A DNA stretch of 64,000 bases from Octopus vulgaris. Taxonomy: Eukaryota. The stretch covers positions 79,050,001-79,114,000 of the forward strand of contig OX597816.1 of the NCBI GenBank assembly GCA_951406725.2, given 5' to 3'. Made by a program: the position numbers and the translations under genes. Shown here one piece after another: positions 51,641 through 61,676 of this stretch (its first letter is position 1; each line of letters begins with the position of its first letter). The notes under the pieces were generated by a model. That model searched no databases. It was not told the origin of the DNA and saw only the letters and a program-made list of their open reading frames with translations.

Positions 51641-52252
51641 CTTATATTAAAGCACTGATGGTGACAGTAATTAATTTATCATCGGCAGCTAGAACTTGAC
51701 TGTCAATTCCCAGTGGTTTTAATTCTTAGTGGACGTAGTATACTAACTACTGCCTTAGAGCTTTTGATGGAGATAAGGAGATAGAAAAAATCGTAGCTAT
51801 ATTACCATCTCATGAGCCCCGTCATTATTCTTTTCTGCCACTAAGTTCATTCTGCTACAATAATAGCAGCATGACATTCTTTCATTCTTCAGTTCTGATG
51901 AAATATTTGTTAAAAATTATAATGCAGTATCCTGTATGTTGAAAACCTATATTATTCATCCGAAGATGGTGATATATTTTCAAATTGATATAATGCTTGC
52001 GTTGTTCGATTAAATGGAGCTGCCTGAAATGGCTGTAATGAACTAATACCTTAATCTCCTTGTTACTTATTTACTTTCTACACACACACACACACACACA
52101 CAAATAAAACTATGTATCTATATTTATATGTATCTCTCTCTCTCTCTTTCTCTCTTTATATATATATATATATATATATAATAAACCTTTACATAAATAA
52201 ATAACATGAAATACACGAAGGGACGAACAAAACGACAAACGATATATATACA

Positions 52253-52287
<35 letters not shown>

Positions 52288-52382
52288 TTGTATGTATGTA
52301 TGTATGTATGTATGTATGTATTATATTATCATGTACTTTCAGTGAGAGAAAGAGAGCAAGAGAGTTAGCAAAAAAATCTCAC

Positions 52383-52578
52383 CTTGACATTCTTCTTCCA
52401 AGAAACCAACATTCGTGAGACCAATATATTGACCCATTCCATACCCATGTGTTGCAATAAATTCAATATCTGTATCTTCATTTGTTACCTGAACACATCC
52501 AGATAGCCATGCAAATGATGGAGCAACACTAACTTCTTCAAACACAAGTTCCTTTCCTTTTGCAGTTTCAATCTCAAT
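52383..52578 (-). CDS. MAM/LDLa gene exon C: C-terminal part of MAM domain 1
   Basis: tttttcag acceptor, gtgaga donor, 196 nt, phase 0/1. IEIETAKGKELVFEEVSVAPSFAWLSGCVQVTNEDTDIEFIATHGYGMGQYIGLTNVGFLEEECQ matches the W...F-x-A...IGL-x-x-V...C end of MAM. Confidence 0.88.
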
Positions 52579-52638
52579 CTGAAAAATATATATATACATA
52601 TTATATGATAGTTTGCATACATACATGTGTGCATGCAC

Positions 52639-52699
<61 letters not shown>

Positions 52700-53790
52700 G
52701 GGATTAGCTGACCGAGAGTCTCATGGAATGTAACCAAATGAGGTTTATTTTCCAACGTAGTCCACTTGCTGTCCACACACGTCTTCCATCACTGCTGCAA
52801 TGCTTGAATCCCATTGGTGAACAAGCTTTTAACCTGTTGGTCAAAAATGTCATCAAAAGTAGATGTAACATCATTATCACTGCGACTCTGGTTTGCAGCC
52901 AAATGTTTTGTCATGTTTGAAAACAGACAATAGTCAGATGGGGCCAAATCAGGAGAATAGGGAGGCTGATCCACCAGTTTAAACCACAGTCAGGCTTTGC
53001 AGTCATTAAAATCAAGGACTTGTGTACTGGAGCATTGTCCTGATGAAACAAAACTCCTTTCGTCAGTTTTCTTGGGCGTTTGGCTTTCATAGCCTTTTGT
53101 AACTCTCACGGCATATTGGTGTAGCCCTTTTCAATAAACACAATCCATTTTGCATCCCCAAAACTGAGACCTTCAATTGCCCTGCAGATGAAACATCCTT
53201 GGCCTTCGCTGGAGAAAATGAGGGGTATTTACACTGCCTGAATCATCTCTTAGTCTCTGGCTCAAAGTGATGACATCAACACTCATCCTGGATTAAGAAA
53301 CATCCAGGAAAACTATTTGAATCTGCCTTAAACAATGTCAGATCTTCCCGTGATGTCATCAGGTTGGTGTGCTTTTGATCAGAAACCTCTGTCATGCTGA
53401 GTTCATCATGCAAAATATTCTCAACTCTTTCATGGGATGTGCTGATGGCATTGGCTACTTGATCTATAGTCAATTGCCTATCATCCATTACCATATGGTA
53501 AATACAATCAATGTTTTCTTTGGTGATGGCACTTGCCCGACGTCAAGACCTTGGGTCATCTTCAAGACTCTCTCTTTCCTCTTCTAAATTCAGCTGCCCA
53601 CTTTTGTACTGCTGATCTTATAGTGTCACCCCATAATGTGGCAACAATGTCAGCATGAATGTCGTTGGGGGTTAAAAACTTTTTCTGCGGGTACTTGTTA
53701 ACTCCACAATGTTGCATTATGTTCATTTGCAAGAGAAGTCATAACTACTTACTTTTAAAGTCTTTGAGAAGTCACATGTCAGTTTGGTTG
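52700..53790 (-). mobile_element. Mariner remnant
   Basis: PPYSPDLAPSDYCLF (52789..52974) and DDRQLTI..VA..I...ILHDEL (53276..53494). Confidence 0.85.
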
Positions 53791-53803
53791 GAAAGAAACA
53801 TTA

Positions 53804-54582
53804 CATCATCATCATCATTGTCGTTTAATATTTGCTCTCCATACAGGCATGAGTTGGATGGTTTAACTAAGAACTAGCAAGCCAGGGAGCTGCACTAGGT
53901 TCCAATATGATTTGGCATGGTTTCTACTGCTGGATGTCTTTCCTAACACTAACCACTCCGAGAGTGTAGTGAGTGCTTTTCACGTGCCACCGGCACCGGA
54001 GCCAGTTAGACAGTTTTGGCATCATCCACGCTCGAATGGTGCTTTTTACATTCCACCGAAACGGGTGTCAGTCAGGTGGCACTGGCATCATCCATGCTCG
54101 AATGGTGCTTTTTATGTGTCACTGGCACGAGAACCAGTCAGGTGGAACTGGCATCAGCCATGCTCTAATGGTGTTTTTTACGTTCCACCGTCATGAGTAC
54201 CAGTCAGGCAGCACTGGCATTGGCCACGACTACAATTTCACTCAGTTCAACAGGTGTTCACAAGCACGGCATATCGGCCAATGATGAAAGGGTGGTTTTA
54301 AATGGCCCAGTTATGCAACACTGGCATCGGCCACGACTACGATCTTACTTAGTTTGCCAGGTCTTTTCAAGCATGGCATATCTCCAAAAGTGTCGGTCAC
54401 TTGCATTGCCTCTGTGAAGTCCAACGTTCGAAGGTCATGTTTCACTACCTCATCCCATGTCTTCCTGGTTCTACCTCTTTCAAAAATTCCCTTCACTGTT
54501 AGGGTGTGACACTTCTTCAAGCAACTATCCTCATCCATATGCATCACATGACCATACCAGTGCAGTCGTCTTTCTTGCACAA
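53804..54582 (-). mobile_element. RTE LINE 3' end
   Basis: RRLHWYGHVMHMDE...RKTWDEVVKHDL, tandem-repeat UTR and (CAT)n tail. Confidence 0.9.
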
Positions 54583-54589
54583 TGCATGC

Positions 54590-55237
54590 AATATTTCATA
54601 GCTCTTTCATTAATCCTTCATAGTCAGCTTATGAATTTTTTTGCCCATCCTCATATGCAACATTTAGGCTAACTTGATGATTTTTTATGTCACCTTTTTT
54701 CAATAACAGCTTGATGTTTTGGTGAACAATCAATAGTATTGGAGAGCATGACGATTAAAGAGGTAGTTGAGAAAAAGTTAGATGGCATGAGAACAGGAAA
54801 CCATCTAACTATTGGAAAAAGGTTACCAGTATCATAATTATTTGCACCAGATATCAAAATGTCAACATTATGCCTACTGATCAATACTTTGTAAACACTG
54901 TAAAGGCTGTATGATGTGAGATGAAGATCATGGAAACCAATTTCTCCCAAACTGTGATGGTTTTTGGGTGTGTCTCTAGTGTGGGTGATGTCATTCCACT
55001 CCACATCTTTGAATAATGCTTTATGCTCAGTTTTGACAGCTGTTTGAAGCTGTTGGAAACTGTGGTCAGACTCTAGCTGGAGGCAGTTGCTGCAAGAAGA
55101 CCATATGTCTGGAAGCAAGATTTGGCTCCTTGCCATACTTCTGGAAAGAGTCAGAAGTGGTTGCCTGAGAATTTCTATAACTTTACTAGCCCCCATTTCT
55201 GGCCTCCTTATTCTCCTGGTTGTAATCACATAGATTA
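54590..55237 (+). mobile_element. Tc1/mariner superfamily (maT/DD37D-like) transposase remnant
   Basis: Plus strand VMVFGCVSS.G.VIP, YVWKQDLAPCHT and FWPPYSPGCNHIDY (cf. QQDSAP.H and WPP.SPD.NP.DY). Confidence 0.72.
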
Positions 55238-56085
55238 TGTTGTAGGAAAAATCGTACACTCCATCCCACGTGACAAAATGGGATGAACCAGCCGCTACAA
55301 AAGTCAGACAGTCAGTCGTTGTAGGAAGTCAGTAGTAGTAGAATCATCGTATGAGTTCTTAGTTGGAGCCAGTGTCGGTTACATGATATATACGAGTTTG
55401 AGTTATTGTTAAGATAGACGCTCAAATCATTGTCTTGCGGAGCTATCAACAATAGCACAACAGACATGTCAAAGATAATAAGATGCGAAATATCACCACA
55501 ATATAATAGTGGCGATAAGTAAATTATAGTACTGACAACAGTTTACAAGCGGATGAAGATCCACATTATAACAATGTCGACGAAGATATAAACAATTCAC
55601 GCAAACAACGTTGAAAAAAAGAATTTTTTTCATGAGTAAAACAATTTACATGGACAACAATGAAAAAATGTTCACATGGAGATATTAAAACTTCAAGAGG
55701 AGTAACAAACATTTTTATTGTATGTATTTTATGAAAAATCCGTGAAATTAGGGAAAACCTGTTAGAGGGTTTAGTTGAGTTGTAAAAACAGCAACAACAA
55801 TTCAAAGACCAAGAACAACAACAAATGTTACAGCAACAAATGCTATAACTAATGAAGTCGGTAACAAAACTGAAAAATACCTTTTCACCAGACCATGTAG
55901 CAAATTCTATAAATGAATTTAAATATAACTGAGAAGAAGGAATCACTTTCGAGGCATATTACCGAAGATTTGAACAAATATTCGTAAAAGAATGTTAAGA
56001 CTGGACAGGCGAAATGAAAAAAACCTCTAATTCTGAGGAAACTGGTGGCGATAAAGCATGAGAAATACTGTATCTTTGCCTAAAA
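55238..56085 (+). mobile_element. Gypsy-like LTR retrotransposon 5' fragment (LTR about 55238-55500, PBS-like tggcga at 55510, decayed gag)
   Basis: TGTTGTAGG...CACCACA ends. Gag-like QQQ..QQQML..SINEFKYN.EEGITFEAYYRRFEQIF...DW...LRKL...HEKYC. Confidence 0.7.
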
Positions 56086-56089
56086 CCGT

Positions 56090-56278
56090 ATACTCTGCAC
56101 TGTGGTTGGCATTAGAAAGAGCATTCAGCCATAGAAATACTGCCAAAACAGACACTGGAGCTGGACAAGTCCTTTGACCTGTCAGATCCTATCAAATCAT
56201 TCAACTCTTGGCAGTATAATAGAATATGGACACTAAGCAATGATGATAATGGTGATGTTGATATGTGCGTGCGTGTGT

Positions 56279-56316
<38 letters not shown>

Positions 56317-57070
56317 CAGTATCATTTTCATCTTTTTTTATCCATTTTAATGCTGAAATGGTTTGGATGGGCCATCATGGCTTGACTTCTTAGAAGGTAC
56401 TACAATGTCCTTGGATGTTTTCAAATACTTTCTGCCATTGGATGCTCTTCATAACACCAAATACTTTACAGAGTGTTCTGAATGCATTTTATCATGGCAC
56501 TGGCACTGAAGAGGTCACAAACTTCTCAAAATAACAACACTAAAGGGACTTCTTGTTCCTATGTTGCCTCTACTTATTAGTCATTCATCAACTACATCAC
56601 AGTGTGTTCAGTATGCATTTCATCATGGCATTAACAGTAGTAAAGTTGCCTGGTATTTTGAAGCATGTAAAAGACTGCATTGTCCTTCATTACCCACTTT
56701 TGTTTTTTACCAGCAGAAATAATTGTTCCCTAAACTTTCTCCAACTTGTTCAATTACATTTTCAGGTCACCGACCTTTGCAGCTAATTAGGTCACCTAGA
56801 TTAACAGAAGTTACCTATTACTGCTAGAGAGCTTTCAAGGTATTTAAGAAAATCCAGTTTTTGTGTCTCTGTGGACTTATGAAGTCTACTTTCTCTGTGA
56901 GCGTACTTGATATCTCACTATATAGTTTGTGTGTCCATAGTTTACACAAGGTACGCCATATAGAATTATTACGCCCTTCATTTCTGTATACTGAGCATGG
57001 CCAATTCACTGACATTTGATTTAGCCCTTTCTTATTTTCTACTTGCTGTCACCTTAATCTTTGCTATGTT
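56090..57070. mobile_element. Decayed RTE fragments in both orientations around a (CA)n tract
   Basis: Plus-strand 3' end at 56090-56260. Minus-strand copy at 56315-57070 with WPCSVYR...NSI..TLCKLWTHK. Confidence 0.65.
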
Positions 57071-57812
57071 TACTTTGAAGGTTCTCTGTAGATTTGGCAA
57101 TAAATCAAAAAGAATATTATATTAATAATACATCCCAGTCCCCAAAATTGATTCAGAAAAAGGCTAGAAATACATTCCTATACTGATTTAATAAATTTAT
57201 AAGTTCTATGGTGTTATATCATATCTCTTATATACAGATTGTTCAACATATTCTAGTACACAGTTCATATCCTCATTGGAATACTCATTTATGTTTGTGA
57301 CATGTGACAAAAGCATTTAATTCTTGTAAAGGATAAGTCAAGAAAATAAAGTTTATGTCTGTCAGTAGCTGGAGCATTGTAAAATTGATAAGTGTTCTGA
57401 TAGTTTGAAATACTGGATTTAAGTTCCTTTGTGGTGCCTTAGAAAACACTGGGAAAATAATTTGGTATTTAGATTCAGACCAAAGTCATTATTATTTATA
57501 TTGAATTTAAACTGTAGTTTTAATTAAGAATTAGTGAAACTAAGTTATATTGCATGAAACTAAGATACATTCCAAAGATCCATTGCATAGAGAAAAATAC
57601 TCCAGTGTTTCATTAATGAGAGCCCTAAAATTCTTGAAACTCCCTATCATCAAGATTGATTATTTCTATCATAGACATAAGACATTGCTAGTCATTGTAC
57701 AAGTACCGTTGATTTTATAACTGATTGTTGTGCATTATCAATCATCCATTTGTTTTCATAAAAATATTTCTCTGTGAATATGCTTATCATTTGAAGAGAA
57801 AAACTATTTGAC

Positions 57813-58228
57813 CATAGGCACAGGAGTGGCTGTGTGGTAAGTAGCTTGCTAACCAACCACATGGTTCCGGGTTCAGTCCCACTGCGTGGCATCTTGGGCA
57901 AGTGTCTTCTTCTATAGCCCCGGGCCGACCAATGCCTTGTGAGTGGATTTGGTAGACGGAAACTGAAAGAAGCCTGTCGTATATATGTATATATATATGT
58001 ATTTGTGTGTATGTTTGTGTCTGTGTTTGTCCCCCTAGCATTGCTTGACAACCAATGCTGGTGTGTTTACGTCCCCGTCACTTAACGGTTCGGCAAAAGA
58101 GACCGATAGAATAAGTACTGAGCTTACAAAGAATAAGTCCCAGGGTCGATTTGCTCGACTAAAGGCAGTGCTCCAGCATGGCCACAGTCAAATGACTGAA
58201 ACAAGTAAAAGAGAAAAGAGAAAGAGAA
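57813..58228 (+). mobile_element. 410-bp SINE family copy abutting the exon B splice donor
   Basis: Reverse complement of the 2380 and 40945 copies. Tail ends within a few nt of exon B. Confidence 0.92.
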
Positions 58229-58231
58229 TAC

Positions 58232-58368
58232 CTGAAGTTTGCCAGCTCCTTGCTGGAGATAATAATCAAAGAATAAACTATGGCCTGCTGGGGGTTCAAC
58301 ATTTGGAAAAGAAAGATGTGTCACGTCTTCAGGTTTGCCATTTATAGAATCAACATACATGTAATAGT
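58232..58368 (-). CDS. MAM/LDLa gene exon B: middle of MAM domain 1
   Basis: cttttctttcag acceptor, CAG|gtattc donor, 137 nt, phase 1/0. HYYMYVDSINGKPEDVTHLSFPNVEPPAGHSLFFDYYLQQGAGKLQ has the YMYVDS and L-x-F-x-Y MAM motifs. In frame with exons A and C. Confidence 0.88.
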
Positions 58369-58539
58369 CTGAAAGAAAAGCAAGAAAATGGGAATTAAAG
58401 GACAAAACAATGACATGTTCATTACTAGTTTCTTTTATTGCCAAAAAAGTAGTTGATAAGGAACACTATAAGAACAAATGACAGCATTATTTCCTCCTCT
58501 TCCTTCTCTTATTTTGATTGTGAATGTTAACGTATGATG

Positions 58540-58832
58540 GACTCTCCTGTGGAAGATGATGTATATGTGTTCAGTTTTTGCTGAATGTCCTGCACAAGTG
58601 AATTGTTTATAGTAATCAAATGCTTGTGCTGTACATAAGCTCCCTCCCTCCATTCAATCGACATTTGCTGAACAGATGCGTGGTGTACAACATGTCTGGT
58701 GTCGAAGTGTTCACAGAGCAACGTGAGATGAAGTGTTTTGTTCAAGAATACAATGCACCATCCAGTCTAGGAACTGAAACTATGATCTCATGATCATGAA
58801 TGCAACACCCTAACCACTAGGCCATGTGTCCT
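58540..58832 (-). mobile_element. Another tRNA-derived SINE family
   Basis: Minus-strand head tggcctagtggttagggtg...agtttcagttcc followed by cttgaacaaaacacttcatctcacgttgctc. Confidence 0.65.
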
Positions 58833-59070
58833 GAATGCATTCACTACTACTACTACTGCTGCTGTGGTAGCAACTGTAAGTAGTAGTAGTAGCTGCAGCA
58901 GCAGTTGGAGGAGTAGGAGAAGCACTATAAATATCTCAAATTTAGTAAAATGTCAAAATATAATGGATTTTTTAAAGAGGAAATTTTACTGAAGGTATCT
59001 TAACCTTAATAATAACTATTTGATAATGGTTTACAGAATATATGATAATGCATTATAATATCTGACTTAC

Positions 59071-59223
59071 GTCTGTCATTTGAGTAGCGATGAAGATATG
59101 GAATCTCTCGGTAATCTGAAGAAGATCCTTGGCTCCAGTTATATCTGGTATTCTCTGGACATTTAACTTGGAAATTGCACAGATGTACTTCTTTGAATTT
59201 GCAAAAATGGTATGTAAGACCCA
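59071..59223 (-). CDS. MAM/LDLa gene exon A: N-terminal part of MAM domain 1
   Basis: ttcaacag acceptor, gtaagt donor, 153 nt, phase 1/1. Translates (x)GLTYHFCKFKEVHLCNFQVKCPENTRYNWSQGSSSDYREIPYLHRYSNDR, fitting the C-x-F...C...W start of MAM domains. Confidence 0.8.
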
Positions 59224-59832
59224 CTGTTGAAACACATGATCAATAAAATTAGTGAATTTATAGAAGACAAAATAAAATGGAAAATCATATAGTTAATTTA
59301 AATCATCAAATAATTTATTTGAAATATAAGCTTTGAACAATGAAAGTATAAGAATGTGCAACAAGAATAGTAAATTTATTCAATATTTAAGTCTGATAAG
59401 TTCAAATTGGGAAATGAAAAATGTTAAATTAATGGTATTACATTTCCCTTGAAGACTTTAAATCACATTACATTCTCTGATATGACCGTTGATAAAAATA
59501 ACATAAATTTGCATATTAAAAAAGAATCAAGCATACAAAGCATAAGACAACTGAAAAATTAGTTGAAAAACTGTCTCAAGAATTTATAGGTTAATATCAA
59601 TGTCATTCCCTGCTCATCTTTTTATTATACTCTATGTTTATGGAACTTTCCATGATAGTTCTGATATTGTGTACAATTAACATTTCATTTTAAAGATTTT
59701 ATTTCATGTTTAGAACTTATTAAAGACAAAATATTGAATAGACTTTTTATTCTTCAACATCGTGGTACTTATCATTATTCTTCTTTGTTTAAAACTATGC
59801 ATTCATATTATCAAAAATAATAACTCCCGTAT

Positions 59833-61303
59833 TATCTACCTATATAAAAGAGGAAAAAAACTTGCACACTTTGACTTTGTTAAGGATTCAATGACACTAG
59901 ACATGCTAAGATTGAGCTGAAAATTGGCAAGGATACTAAATGCGTGGTGAGGATGCGACCCGCGATGGTTAAAATTTGCAAGCTATAAAGATGTGGTTGC
60001 TATGGCAAAAATATTGATTTTTAAAAATATTTCAGCATTCAGAAATAGATATGTTTTAAGGGGAACAACTCAGTAGTTTCAATGATTACATTTACAAGTA
60101 ACGACTGTGCATAAATATCAAGATTACTTATCTGTTGCGAAATAATGTGTGTGTGCATGTGTGCGTGTGTGCATGCATGAGTGTGTGCATGTGTGTGTGT
60201 GTGTGTGTGTGCATGCATACGAGCGCGAGAGTAGCTGTTAATTCAATCGAACATAAAGAAATAAAAAAAGGAGTTAAAAAAGCAATTAATAATCTTAAGA
60301 ATAAATACATCAAACTTGATAGTATAAAAGGTAGCAAAGAATGATTAAAAGATAGTAAGAGTAGAAATTAATATTATTTTTAGCATATAAGGGATCCACT
60401 GAGTGGTCTCTACTCTTGTCTATCTACCTATATAAAGAGGAAAAAAACTTGCATACTTTGGCTTTGGTAAGGATTCAATGGCACTAGACGTGTTAGGATT
60501 GAGCTGAAAATTTACACACCTATAGAAGGCGTGGTGTAGTTAAGGCCAGAGTAGGTTTCAAGTCTCTATCTAGATAACAAAGGCCCAAAACAATGCATTT
60601 TCTGCGAGTGAGTGGATGTCATACACTATTGCCTTGAGTTGTTGGATTCTATGCGTGACTGTGCACGTGTTTGCGTGAATGCAACAGAAAAATGGGGCAA
60701 AAACACGTTCAATTTTTGTGTTTTTTGAAAAACAAGATATGAGCATATACGTAGAAAAATTTCCTGAATCGATTGGAGCAAGTTTGAATTCTCTAGCTTG
60801 AAAAATGCAAATTCTAGCAGTTTTGGGTGTGCCATTTTAAGGAGTTCTCAGTTGAAAATGGTGTCAAAAATAGCTCAAAATGAGAGAATTATTTTGCAGA
60901 CTGAATTGCCACAAAAATCGAATGGGAAGTGCTCTTTATATATATAAAGCTGAAGTTGTCGGTGTATGGCAGGTTTGGTAGCCTTCAACTAAAACCATCT
61001 CCTCCGAGACTCTGCGGTGCAAGTTGACCAAAATTGGGAGTATGATAGAAAAAGGCTTGCTCTTCATTCCATAGAAGAAAAAATTCCAAATTATTTACAT
61101 CAAAAAGATGCTTTTTTCTTTGCAAATCCCTATTTTTTTTACAATTTTTTGACTGCTGTGTCGCCATTTTTGGTGTATTTCAACCAGAAGAATGTTCACT
61201 TAAAGAGAATAACAAGCTACAAAATGCAAAATTTTTACTTTTCAAAAATTCCAATTCTAAAGGGTCGAAACAAACCTGAGCAATGCAGGGCGATACTGCT
61301 AGT
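59833..61303 (+). mobile_element. Three head-to-tail non-autonomous Helitron-like units (about 59833-60418, 60419-60932, 60933-61303)
   Basis: Units start TC...tatataaa. The first two share about 90 bp. Unit 1 ends with hairpin ggatccactgagtggtct and unit 3 ends with hairpin cctgagcaatgcagg plus CTAG-T. Confidence 0.6.
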
Positions 61304-61676
61304 ACTATATAAATTTTCTTTTTAATTTCTGTAAGTTTCAACCATTCTAAATATTTTTAGAAGTTTGGTAGGTGATATAAAAGATTAACTAGGATTACTT
61401 AATATTAGTATAAATATATTCCTAAAAACTCTTTTAGTAGAATATTTGAAAATTCAATGATCTGATGATAAAATTGAAACTATGGACTCTTGGTTTGGAC
61501 AAAATTGATATATGTTTAAGTATGAGAGTGCATAGCTGAATGGCTAAGTAGTTCACTTCTCTAACAAAAGATTTTAGATTCTATTCTACTTTCTTGGCAT
61601 GTAGAGAAAGTTTCTGCTTCAAATCCTTGGATTAATTCAACCATTCTGAATGAACCGGGTAGATAGAAAAATATGA

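Noticed and set aside
54690-55259. 189-aa minus-strand ORF
   Set aside because: Antisense to a recognisable Tc1/mariner-type transposase relic and has no domain features of its own.
57708-57772. Possible small exon KYFYENKWMIDNAQQSVIKST
   Set aside because: Weak donor, and exon B (phase 0 end) already joins exon C to complete the MAM domain. Its phase-1 entry does not fit after exon B.
57813-57890. tRNA-like sequences (also at 15935, 58760-58832 and 61527)
   Set aside because: They are SINE heads with A/B boxes running into SINE bodies; no complete cloverleaf is evident.
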